Shown: piece after piece, positions 25,791-33,318 of the stretch
Numbering within the stretch: position 1 is the stretch's first letter
Layout of the letters: each line of letters starts with the position of its first letter
Source of the DNA: Acidobacteriota bacterium
GTDB lineage: Bacteria; Acidobacteriota; UBA6911; JACQSX01
Length of the DNA stretch: 33,318 nucleotides
Direction of reading: 5' to 3'
Assembly (NCBI GenBank): GCA_036507075.1
Contig: DASXQR010000037.1
Location: forward strand, 1 to 33,318
Made by a program: the position numbers and the translations under genes
The notes under the pieces: model-generated
Seen by the model: the letters and a program-made list of their open reading frames with translations, nothing else
Told to the model about the DNA's origin: nothing
The model's database searches: none

Positions 25791-27102
25791 ACCCAAATGC
25801 CGCTCGGACCGTAACCGGCTCGATGCAGACCGATGCGATCAAATTCAGGATTGCCGTTCCGAAGACAAGTGCCGAGTAGCCGGGGTGAGCGGTGGCAATT
25901 CCTGCCGCCGCTCCGACCAGCGCCAGAATGATAATCCAATCCATGCCGCGCACCCACGGAGTCACCCGCCGCATCTGCACCGGAAAAACGTCTGGATAAA
26001 ACTGCGCGACAAACCAGAGATGGAGTCGCAATATCCCGGCCGTGAGCGCCGGAGCCAGCACGCCGAAGAACAGAAACACACCCCACCTGTCAACGTACCA
26101 GGGGCGTATTTTCCATTGTGTGTAAACCAGCATCGTGTAAAGCAGCACCACCCAGCCCTGGTGGAATCTCCACCACCAGAATGGCGTCAGGCTTCGGGAA
26201 ACGGCGCTTGTCGCCGCCGGCGCGATTGTACCGGACTCTCTGCGCAAAATTGAACCGGAAGCTGGAGGCACAGCAACCAGATCCCAGACCCTTTCCAGGT
26301 CAGAGACCAGATCCGCCGTGGACGAGTAACGTTCGACCGGTTTCTTGCGAAGGCACTTCTTTAGAACCTGGTCCAGTTCGTCCGGCATCGATGGATTTCG
26401 ATCACGCAGCAGCGCCGGCTCGGCAGTCAAAATGCGGACCGTGATGGAAGCGGGCGTGGAGCCCTGGAACGGGTGCACGGCCGATGCCAGCTCGTACAAC
26501 AAAATGCCGAGAGAAAAAAGATCGGTTCGAAAATCGATGGAGTGCCCCTCAATCTGCTCCGGTGACATGTAAGGGACGGTGCCCACGATAGCACCGGTGA
26601 CAGTGAGCCGCTCAGTCTCCTTAAAGAAGCGCGGATCGAGGTGAGCCAACCCGAAATCCAGAATCTTAATACCGCCGTCCCGGCAGCGAATAACGTTTTC
26701 CGGTTTCAGGTCGCGATGCACAATTCCCGCCTGGTGCGGCACTACCAGCGCCCGCGCGATATTCAGAGCCGTTTGCACCAGCTTGTCGGGGGCAAGTGGT
26801 CCGTTTTCAATTTCCCTTCGCAGCGTCTCGCCCTGCACGTACTCGTAAACGATCAACAGGTCGTTTCCCGCCTCTTCAATGTCGTACACCGCTGCGATGC
26901 CGGGATGCGAAAGTTGTGCTGCAGCGCGCGCTTCCTGCTTCAGGCGCTGGCGAAGATGGGCATCATGCGTGGCGTGAGGCGGCAGTGCCTTGAGAGCCAC
27001 GTTGCGTCCCAACCGCATATCTTCGGCCAGGTAAACCACTCCCGCCCCGCCTTCTCCCAGCTTCTCAATTACCCGGTAATGTGAAATAGTTTGGCCGATC
27101 AT
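25747..27102 (-). CDS. Hanks-type Ser/Thr protein kinase with C-terminal multi-TM region
   Basis: MIGQTISHY, GEGGAGVVY, VALK, HRDLKPEN, DFG, GTVPYMSPEQ, followed by four hydrophobic segments. Confidence 0.93.
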   Translation of the reverse strand: MIGQTISHYRVIEKLGEGGAGVVYLAEDMRLGRNVALKALPPHATHDAHLRQRLKQEARAAAQLSHPGIAAVYDIEEAGNDLLIVYEYVQGETLRREIENGPLAPDKLVQTALNIARALVVPHQAGIVHRDLKPENVIRCRDGGIKILDFGLAHLDPRFFKETERLTVTGAIVGTVPYMSPEQIEGHSIDFRTDLFSLGILLYELASAVHPFQGSTPASITVRILTAEPALLRDRNPSMPDELDQVLKKCLRKKPVERYSSTADLVSDLERVWDLVAVPPASGSILRRESGTIAPAATSAVSRSLTPFWWWRFHQGWVVLLYTMLVYTQWKIRPWYVDRWGVFLFFGVLAPALTAGILRLHLWFVAQFYPDVFPVQMRRVTPWVRGMDWIIILALVGAAAGIATAHPGYSALVFGTAILNLIASVCIEPVTVRAAFGLATKPQSHKDLDSA

Positions 27103-27106
27103 GTTG

Positions 27107-27237
27107 CAAGTTATCAGGAGCAAGAGTTACCAGTACATTCAAGTGATAATTTAACCCGAGCAAGAGTTACCAGTGGAGCAGGAGTTAGCATCGAGCACCA
27201 ACCGGTAATTCTTGCCTCGGTCAACTTGTCACTTGCC
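27107..27237. repeat. Direct repeats GAGCAAGAGTTACCAGT (40-bp period) with degenerate and inverted copies
   Basis: Identical 17-mers at 27118-27134 and 27158-27174, partial copy at 27176-27190, inverted GGTAATTCTTGC near 27204. Confidence 0.7.
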
Positions 27238-27531
27238 AGATACGAAGCTCTGCGAGACTCCGCGTGCTTTGCGGCTCTGCGGTGAAAGCGGTTAACTATG
27301 CTGCGACTCCAGCGGTCACATCGCAACTTAACACTGCATCCACAGTTTCAACATGCAGCCGGACTATTGCGCCTGATCGGGCTGCTATCACGTGACTGGT
27401 GAAGTCGCAGCAGCGGCCGACCTGCGCGGAATGCCGACGTTGAAACTGTTCAATATGTTAACGGATATTGCGGAAAGCACAAAGCTGGTCTGGAGCGTGC
27501 AGGCAGACGGGCAAAATTTTTGAGGCCGGAA

Positions 27532-29079
27532 ATGAAAAATGACAGTCAGCAAGCACGACCTGTGTCCAGCAGCGTTACCACTACTCTGCACGCTTCGTCT
27601 CGGCGCAGGTTCCTGAAACTCGGCTGCGCTTTGATCGCGTCACGCTGGGTTCCGTCACCGCCGCTCTGGGGCAGAGTCGCTGAGGAAAATTCGGGCGTGG
27701 TCGTCAACGATATCCATTCCCAGTTGAATGCCACCCGCGTCGATCAAATTCTCAAGCCCCAATCCGTCGATGAACTCGGGTCCATTCTGCGCAGCCGGCA
27801 GGGAAAAGCGATCAGCATTGCCGGTGGGCGCCACGCCATGGGGGGCCAGCAGTTTGGCGAAAAAAATATTCTTCTGGACATGCGGAGCATGCGTCGAGTG
27901 CTCGGGTTTGACGCAGAGCGAGGCCTCGTCGAAGTCGAATCCGGCATTGAATGGCCAGAGCTTCTTCAGTACCTCGATAACGTCCAGCAGGGAAGAGAAC
28001 AGCAGTGGGGCATTATCCAAAAACAAACCGGTGCAGACCGGCTCAGTATCGGCGGAGCCTTGGCGTCCAACGTCCACGGTCGCGGCTTGAAATTTCGTCC
28101 GATCATTGAAAACGTGGAATCATTCACTCTGCTCGACGCCGCCGGGTCGCTGCGGCGCTGCAGTCGGGAAGAGAACGGCGAATTATTTCGCGCGGCGATC
28201 GGCGGCTACGGTCTGTTTGGGATCATTACTTCGGTGCAATTGCGCCTCTGGCCGCGCAAGAAGGTGCAGAGGATCGTGGAAATTCGGGCAATCAAGGACA
28301 TCCCGGCAGCCTTTGAGCAGCGTATCCGCGATGGTTATCTGTATGGTGACTACCAGTTTGCCACCGACAGCAAGCGCGACAGCTTCCTCGGGCGCGGGGT
28401 CTTTTCGTGCTACCGCCCGGTGGATCCTTCCACTGCTTTGACCAAGAATCCGACGCGGTTCAATCCTGAGGACTGGGCGCGCCTGACCTATTACACGCAC
28501 AAGTACAAGCAACGCGCCTTTGACTTTTACACCAAACGGTATCTGGAAACATCCGGGCAGGTCTACTGGGCTGACTCACAACTGTCGGGCGCTTATGTGG
28601 ACAACTACCATGAGGAGGTGGATCGAAAGCTCCACGCCAAAGTGAAGGGAACTGAAATGATCACGGAAATTTACGTGCCGCGGGCCTCCCTGCTGTCTTT
28701 CATGGAACAGGCGCGCTCTGCCTTGAGGGAGCACAATGCCAATCTCATCTACGGCACCGTTCGTCTCATTGAAAAGGATGACGAGAGTTTCCTGCCCTGG
28801 GCAAAGGAGCGCTATGCCTGTATCATTTTTAATCTGCATACCACGCACAATCCTGAGGGAATCGAGAATTCAGCCCGGGCTTTCCGCGCCTTGATTGACC
28901 TCGGCATTCGTCATGGGGGCAGCTACTATCTGACCTATCACCGGTACGCCACCAGGCAACAGGTGGAAACTTGCTATCCGGAATTCCCGCAGTTTCTTCA
29001 ACTGAAGTTGCAATACGATCCCCAGGAGGTCTTCCAAAGCACCTGGTATCGGCACTACAAGTCGATGTTTCTGGCGTAG
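27532..29079 (+). CDS. Tat-exported FAD-binding oxidoreductase (VAO/PCMH-type)
   Basis: SRRRFLK Tat motif, GGRHAMGGQ, SIGGALASNVHG, GGYGLFGII, YYL.YH, YDP...F. Confidence 0.88.
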   Translation: MKNDSQQARPVSSSVTTTLHASSRRRFLKLGCALIASRWVPSPPLWGRVAEENSGVVVNDIHSQLNATRVDQILKPQSVDELGSILRSRQGKAISIAGGRHAMGGQQFGEKNILLDMRSMRRVLGFDAERGLVEVESGIEWPELLQYLDNVQQGREQQWGIIQKQTGADRLSIGGALASNVHGRGLKFRPIIENVESFTLLDAAGSLRRCSREENGELFRAAIGGYGLFGIITSVQLRLWPRKKVQRIVEIRAIKDIPAAFEQRIRDGYLYGDYQFATDSKRDSFLGRGVFSCYRPVDPSTALTKNPTRFNPEDWARLTYYTHKYKQRAFDFYTKRYLETSGQVYWADSQLSGAYVDNYHEEVDRKLHAKVKGTEMITEIYVPRASLLSFMEQARSALREHNANLIYGTVRLIEKDDESFLPWAKERYACIIFNLHTTHNPEGIENSARAFRALIDLGIRHGGSYYLTYHRYATRQQVETCYPEFPQFLQLKLQYDPQEVFQSTWYRHYKSMFLA

Positions 29080-29124
29080 TGAAATTAATTTCGTGATTTC
29101 TGGTGGTCGCCGGTTTAGTTATGC

Positions 29125-29538
29125 ATGAACCACCAGGACAACAAGCAAACGATCGAGCCCGTACCCTATTCATTAGACCAGATAGCAAGACAGGTTGTTA
29201 GTGCGGCCTGCAATGTGCATTCATCGCTGGGGCCGGGCCTCCTGGAGAGCGTCTACGAAGCATGTTTGGCCCATGAAGTAGGCAAACGAGGTCTGTCGGT
29301 ACGGAGACAGGTGCCTGTACCGGTAAATTACGACAACGTGCGCCTGGATCTGGGATTTCGCTTAGATTTGGTGGTTAAGGAGGCATTGATTGTAGAGATC
29401 AAGGCAGTGGATGCACTGCATCCCGTGCACTACGCTCAAATGATCACTTACCTGAAACTTACGAACCTTCGCCTCGGGCTATTGATCAATTTCAATGTTC
29501 CCTTGATCAAAGAAGGAATTCATCGAATAGCCTTGTAG
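29125..29538 (+). CDS. GxxExxY protein (PD-(D/E)XK nuclease-like)
   Basis: VHSSLGPGLLESVYEACL, RLDLVV...IVEIK, H.AQ..TYLK...GLLINFN. Confidence 0.95.
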   Translation: MNHQDNKQTIEPVPYSLDQIARQVVSAACNVHSSLGPGLLESVYEACLAHEVGKRGLSVRRQVPVPVNYDNVRLDLGFRLDLVVKEALIVEIKAVDALHPVHYAQMITYLKLTNLRLGLLINFNVPLIKEGIHRIAL

Positions 29539-29572
29539 AATGTTAAGCTAGCTGGGTGTCTTGGTGGTTCAT
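29125..29572. mobile_element. Putative element: GxxExxY gene bounded by 9-mer inverted arms
   Basis: ATGAACCACCAGGACAACAAGC (29125-29146) matches the reverse complement of GCTGGGTGTCTTGGTGGTTCAT (29551-29572) at 19/22. Mobility is inferred. Confidence 0.55.
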
Positions 29573-29601
29573 TTTTTTTACCACCAAGACACCAAGCTAG
29601 C
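29547..29601. repeat. Back-to-back 9-mer palindrome downstream of GxxExxY
   Basis: GCTAGCTGGGTGTCTTGGTGGT pairs with ACCACCAAGACACCAAGCTAGC around a T-rich loop. Confidence 0.9.
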
Positions 29602-29687
29602 CAATAAAGTTTCCAGTAACCTCGGCAGTGACTCAAGACCCCGAATTCTGATATCTTCTCTCCACATCCATCTCCTGGAGGTCACCT

Positions 29688-30785
29688 ATGTCCAAGGAAA
29701 GTTTTACTCGGAGAGATTTCATCGCAGGCATCACGGCGGCCGGGACCGCCACATCCCTTTCGGCGGCAGCAGGAGGCGCATCACAACCTTTGGTTGTTCA
29801 CAGCTATCCCGTAGTCGCGATGAAAGCCCCGGATTCCATAAGAATCGTATGTGCGGAAAAGCTCACCCCCGAAGAAGCGGAGAAAATCCGTTCGGCCGGG
29901 AAGGGGGTTGATCTGGTTCTGGTGAAAGACAGATCAGAACTGGCGGTTCAGGCTCCAAACGCGGACGTGATCTTCGGGACTCCCGATGCCGCCGTCATCG
30001 CCAATGCAAAGAGGCTTCAGTGGGTGCAGCTCTGGCACGCCGGTGTTGAGACGGTCCCGAAGGAGGTGATGGACCACGCGAGTGTAATGACCAACATGCA
30101 ACGCGTGTTTGCGCCCGTGATAGCGGAAACCGCCTTCGGTCTCTTACTGGGTCTTACTCGCGGACTGGTGCAGACTTCCATCCCCGCTTTCAGTGAAAAA
30201 AAATGGAAGCGCGGCGATGCGCAGCTCGACGATCTGTATCACAAGACGATGGGCTGCGTCGGTATGGGCGGAATCGGATCGGAGATCGCGCGGCGCGCCC
30301 ATGACGGGTTCGGCATGCGAGTTCTCGCCACGGACGCCAAGCCGCTTCCCAAGCCTTACTTTGTAGCAGAGTTGCATGAGCCAGGTTGGCTGATGGAAAT
30401 GGTGCCTCAAGTGGATGTGCTTGTAAGCTGCGCTCCGCTGACACGGGAAACGCGCCATCTTTTCAATGAGTCAGTATTCCGCAAAATGAAGCCGACCGCG
30501 TATTTCATCAATATGACGCGCGGCGGGCTGGTTGATCAGACCGCCCTGGCGCGCGCCTTAAAAGAGGGTTGGTTCCGCGGGGCCGGGCTCGACACCACCA
30601 CGCCCGAACCGCTCCCCTCTGAAGATCCCTTGTGGAACACTCCGAACCTGGCGATCACGCCTCACAATTCCGGCCAAGCCCCGATTCGCCAGGTGCGGAT
30701 CATCGCTCTGGTGGCTGAAAACGTGCGGCGCTACACCAACGGTTTGCCGCTGTTGAACGTGGTGGATAAGACAAGGGGATATTGA
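29688..30785 (+). CDS. D-2-hydroxyacid dehydrogenase with Tat signal
   Basis: TRRDFI, G.GGIG, APLT.ETRHLF, INMTRG, GLD..PEPL, ITPH; RBS GGAGG. Confidence 0.9.
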   Translation: MSKESFTRRDFIAGITAAGTATSLSAAAGGASQPLVVHSYPVVAMKAPDSIRIVCAEKLTPEEAEKIRSAGKGVDLVLVKDRSELAVQAPNADVIFGTPDAAVIANAKRLQWVQLWHAGVETVPKEVMDHASVMTNMQRVFAPVIAETAFGLLLGLTRGLVQTSIPAFSEKKWKRGDAQLDDLYHKTMGCVGMGGIGSEIARRAHDGFGMRVLATDAKPLPKPYFVAELHEPGWLMEMVPQVDVLVSCAPLTRETRHLFNESVFRKMKPTAYFINMTRGGLVDQTALARALKEGWFRGAGLDTTTPEPLPSEDPLWNTPNLAITPHNSGQAPIRQVRIIALVAENVRRYTNGLPLLNVVDKTRGY

Positions 30786-31056
30786 AAGGCCGGAAGGCGG
30801 AAGGCGGAAGGCGGAAGGCGGAAGGCGGAAGGCGGAAGGCGATAAAGCCGACGACGTCTACGTGCACGTGACACCTCAACGTCCACGTCTACGATTACGT
30901 CCTCATATGGTAACCTTGGGCAACGCGTCAGCGTCGACGTTGTCGTGGACCTTGACGTGTCACGTGCACGTGGTCGGTCGTTTTTCGCTTTCCGCTATCG
31001 CTTTGTGCCGGAGTGACACTTCCAGATCGATTAAGAATCTTCGTGGCTTCGTGGCG
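30786..31056. repeat. Nested repeats: (CGGAAGG)x7 outer arm, hexamer palindrome inside, then a 13-bp motif and an orphan 9-mer arm
   Basis: Seven perfect units at 30791-30839. 30860-30893 matches the reverse complement of 30938-30971 at 30/34. GGAGTGACACTTC at 31010 and CTTCGTGGCTTCGTGGC at 31039. Confidence 0.9.
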
Positions 31057-31069
31057 ATTACCCGAAGGA

Positions 31070-31948
31070 TCACTTCTCCGCAGAAAGCGCCGCTTCCCAA
31101 ACCAGCATTGCTTTCTTGCGCGCCGCCCCCCAGCGATAGTTACCCACAATTCCTGATTTTCGAATCACCCGGTGGCAAGGGACCAGAAATGCGACCGGAT
31201 TCGAGCCTACAGCCGTGCCTACGGCGCGAGAGGCCGAGGCCTGTCCCACCGCCTGGGCCAGATCTTCATAGCAGCAGACCTGACCGGAAGGAATGCGGAG
31301 AAGCGCTTCCCAGACTTTGATCTGAAAGTTCGTCCCCTTGAGAAAAAGAGGCACCTTTTGCCTTCCGGGTTCGAAAATCTTCTGCGCGAAAGATCGGGTG
31401 GCCATTGCGTCCTCTATCAGCCCGGCTCCCGACCAGCGATCTCTCAAGTCCGCGAGGGCTTCCTTTCTCTCCCCGGGACAGAAGGAGAGGCCACAAATCC
31501 CTCTCTCTGTGACTGACAGCAGGCATTCGCCAAACGGAGAGTCATGAAACCCATAGCGGATCCGCAACCCGGCGCCATTCCGCTTGAATTCCGCCGGTGT
31601 TACGGCCTCGATTGTTACAAACAGATCATGCAGCCGTCCGGGCCCTGAAAGACCCGCCTGATAAGCGGTATCCAGCAGGTCACGGGATTCCTGCAGCAGC
31701 CCTTTTGCATATTCGACGGTCAAAAACTGCAAAAACCGTTTCGGGCTTATGCCCGCCCAGCGCTTGAACAGCCGCTGGAAGTGGAAGGGGCTCAATCCTG
31801 AATTGCCGGCGATTTCTCCCAGGCTTGGTTGTTGTTGGAAATTTTGCTCGATATAACGAATCGCGCTCTCGATTCGGGAGTAATCAGAGGAGAGACTCAT
31901 ACCTGACCGTGAAATGTTGCGGCTTGTGGCAGCAGTTTGCAATTGCAT
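31070..31948 (-). CDS. AraC-HTH / methylated-DNA--protein-cysteine methyltransferase (Ada-like, no N-terminal Zn domain)
   Basis: LSPFHFQRLFKRWAGISPKRFLQ HTH, GTNFQ.KVW.AL, RAVG.A...NP...VPCHRV active site. Confidence 0.92.
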   Translation of the reverse strand: MQLQTAATSRNISRSGMSLSSDYSRIESAIRYIEQNFQQQPSLGEIAGNSGLSPFHFQRLFKRWAGISPKRFLQFLTVEYAKGLLQESRDLLDTAYQAGLSGPGRLHDLFVTIEAVTPAEFKRNGAGLRIRYGFHDSPFGECLLSVTERGICGLSFCPGERKEALADLRDRWSGAGLIEDAMATRSFAQKIFEPGRQKVPLFLKGTNFQIKVWEALLRIPSGQVCCYEDLAQAVGQASASRAVGTAVGSNPVAFLVPCHRVIRKSGIVGNYRWGAARKKAMLVWEAALSAEK

Positions 31949-32037
31949 ATTGAAACCTCTCTAAAAAGATTCGACGCAGGTAAAATAGCGAATCAAGCCG
32001 CTTTTCTGCCACCCGATTCTTGCTGTCCAGGGAAATA

Positions 32038-32200
32038 CTTATTCACCACAAAGGTTGGGAGTGGAGAGACGGCCTGAGGGCCGTCTCAGCTTGGCAGTTG
32101 GCTCGACATGACAAAGGCCACGACGCCCTTGGCGCAGCTTTGCTACGCCCGAGACGGCCCTCAGGCCGTCTCTCCATTCCCAACCTTTGTGGTGAATAAG
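32038..32200. repeat. REPIN-like element: 50-bp inverted repeats, each holding a REP-like hairpin and capped by a 9-mer-family terminus
   Basis: 32038-32087 matches the reverse complement of 32151-32200 at 49/50. Internal hairpin GAGACGGCC-TGAG-GGCCGTCTC. Confidence 0.9.
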
Positions 32201-32215
32201 CTTTTCCGGGTTTCG

Positions 32216-33013
32216 CTAATCAGCGGGCGCCAGTTCCCGAATCCAGATGTTGCGATAACGCACCGGATTTCCATGATCCTGGAGCGAGATCGGCATCTTG
32301 TCGGGATGCACTTTGTAGGGCGGGCGCTGCTGGTGTGCGGTGGGGCCCATCAACTCGACGTTGTCCTGAACAAGGACGCCATTGTGGAGGACGGTCTCCC
32401 GCGCCGGCTTGAGGAGCTTGCCGTCCTTATCGAAACGTGGAGCGTGGAAAATAATATCGTAGGTCTGCCACTGTCCGGGAGGACGGGATGCGTTTACCAG
32501 GGGCGGGTATTGTCCATAAATCGCGGCGGCCTGGCCGTCCGGATAAGTCTTGTTCTGGTAAGAATCCAGAACCTGCGTCTCGTACTGCTTCATCAGAAAA
32601 ACTCCGCTGTTGCCTCGGCCCTGGCTTTCTCCCCTGGGAGGCGTGGGAGTCGCGAATTCGACGTGGAGCTGGCAATCGCCAAACGACTGGCTGGTGACGG
32701 CATACCCTGTCCCTCTGACGGATTCCATATAGCCGTTCTCCGCCTTCCACTTTGTCGGTTCGCCGCTCTCACTTCTCCATTGCGTCAGATCCTTGCCATC
32801 AAACAGGACAATTGCATCGGAAGGAGCGAGGCCGGCCGCTTCCTGCGTGCTCGCTGTCGGCGGACTGATCACCGGCGGCTGCGGTCGATCCATGTCATGA
32901 ATCTTCCATTCCTTTTCCTTCGATACCGCAAAGCTGGCAAGGGCTGCCGCGCTCACGAGCAGCAAAACCGCAAGCACAGCCAGCCGGGTAGGGGTCGCAA
33001 ATGGTTTAGACAT
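32216..33013 (-). CDS. DUF1080 (3-keto-disaccharide hydrolase-like) secreted protein
   Basis: PSDAIVLFDGKDL..W, FGDCQLHVEF, RGNSGVF, YETQVLDS, WQTYDI.F, LQDHGNPVRYRNIWIR. Confidence 0.92.
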   Translation of the reverse strand: MSKPFATPTRLAVLAVLLLVSAAALASFAVSKEKEWKIHDMDRPQPPVISPPTASTQEAAGLAPSDAIVLFDGKDLTQWRSESGEPTKWKAENGYMESVRGTGYAVTSQSFGDCQLHVEFATPTPPRGESQGRGNSGVFLMKQYETQVLDSYQNKTYPDGQAAAIYGQYPPLVNASRPPGQWQTYDIIFHAPRFDKDGKLLKPARETVLHNGVLVQDNVELMGPTAHQQRPPYKVHPDKMPISLQDHGNPVRYRNIWIRELAPAD

Positions 33014-33086
33014 GGGGCCTCCTCTGTTGGACTTTAAGTTATTGCGTGTCGGGAATCCGAGTCTAACTTAATGGCGGGAAAGCTTC

Positions 33087-33169
33087 AATGCGGAATGCGG
33101 AATGCGGAATACGGAATAAAAGCTGTCAGTTGTCCGTTGTCCGTCGTCAGTTGTCCGTTGTCGGTTGTC
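33087..33169. repeat. Two stacked unpaired 7-mer arrays (CGGAATG; TGTCMGT)
   Basis: AATGCGGAATGCGGAATGCGGAATACGGAATA, then TGTCAGTTGTCCGTTGTCCGTCGTCAGTTGTCCGTTGTCGGTTGTC. Confidence 0.9.
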
Positions 33170-33178
33170 TGCGGTGCG

Positions 33179-33318
33179 GGTACAACCTCACAACATCGTT
33201 GACACTTTAACCTCACAACATCGTTGACACAATTGAACAGGGCAGAATGGGGTCTTTGAGGAGATCACAGGATGCCCTGGGCAGAGAGGTCGACGATGGA
33301 AGAACGGATGCGATTTGT
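33179..33318 (+). mobile_element. Left end of an IS481-family insertion sequence (truncated by the window)
   Basis: 22-bp direct repeat AACCTCACAACATCGTTGACAC at 33184-33205 and 33209-33230, followed by a transposase-like start. Confidence 0.75.
33272..33318 (+). CDS. IS481-family transposase, N-terminal fragment
   Basis: RBS GAGGAG, then MPWAERSTMEERMRF(V), matching the typical MPW....M.ER.RFV start. It is not in the ORF track. Confidence 0.75.
   Translation, partial: MPWAERSTMEERMRF

Noticed and set aside
27118..27190. 17-bp repeats with a 23-nt gap as a mini-CRISPR
   Set aside because: The repeat is too short, there are only two perfect copies, and there are no cas genes.
140..32200. 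Intergenic palindromes as integron attC sites
   Set aside because: No consistent RYYYAAC/GTTRRRY ends, no integrase, genes lie on both strands, and they include core genes such as cca and gnd.
33184..33230. 22-bp direct repeat as a CRISPR array
   Set aside because: Only two copies 3 nt apart, no spacers or cas genes. It fits IS481-type subterminal repeats.

Overview
This is a GC-rich bacterial window whose gene content resembles Acidobacteria (inference): an Oar-like TonB-dependent receptor, an ECF sigma/zinc anti-sigma/secreted-protein trio, a CRTAC1/ASPIC fragment, DUF1080, a PQQ-like propeller and several Tat-exported enzymes. It holds about 24 intact CDS, mostly housekeeping or secreted (CCA-adding enzyme, gnd, Ada-like methyltransferase, Ser/Thr kinase). 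There is also a fused pseudogene pair and the left end of an IS481-family element at the right edge. The main signal is non-coding. Nearly every intergenic gap holds a palindrome built from mirror-image arrays of short tandem repeats (6-, 7-, 8- or 9-bp period), often nested inside one another or around REP-like hairpins. Two small genes sit inside matching inverted arms: a GxxExxY (PD-(D/E)XK-type) gene inside 9-mer arms, with its ATG part of the arm, and a four-helix-bundle gene inside 6-mer arms. Gene-less copies of both element types are scattered through the window, and one appears to keep a fragment of the four-helix gene. A membrane-protein gene appears inserted into one palindrome with a 29-bp arm duplicated. 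My hypothesis is a family of microrepeat-ended mobile or cassette elements with autonomous and non-autonomous members. This is inference: no mechanism is shown by the sequence, and all family assignments come from motif recognition, not database searches.
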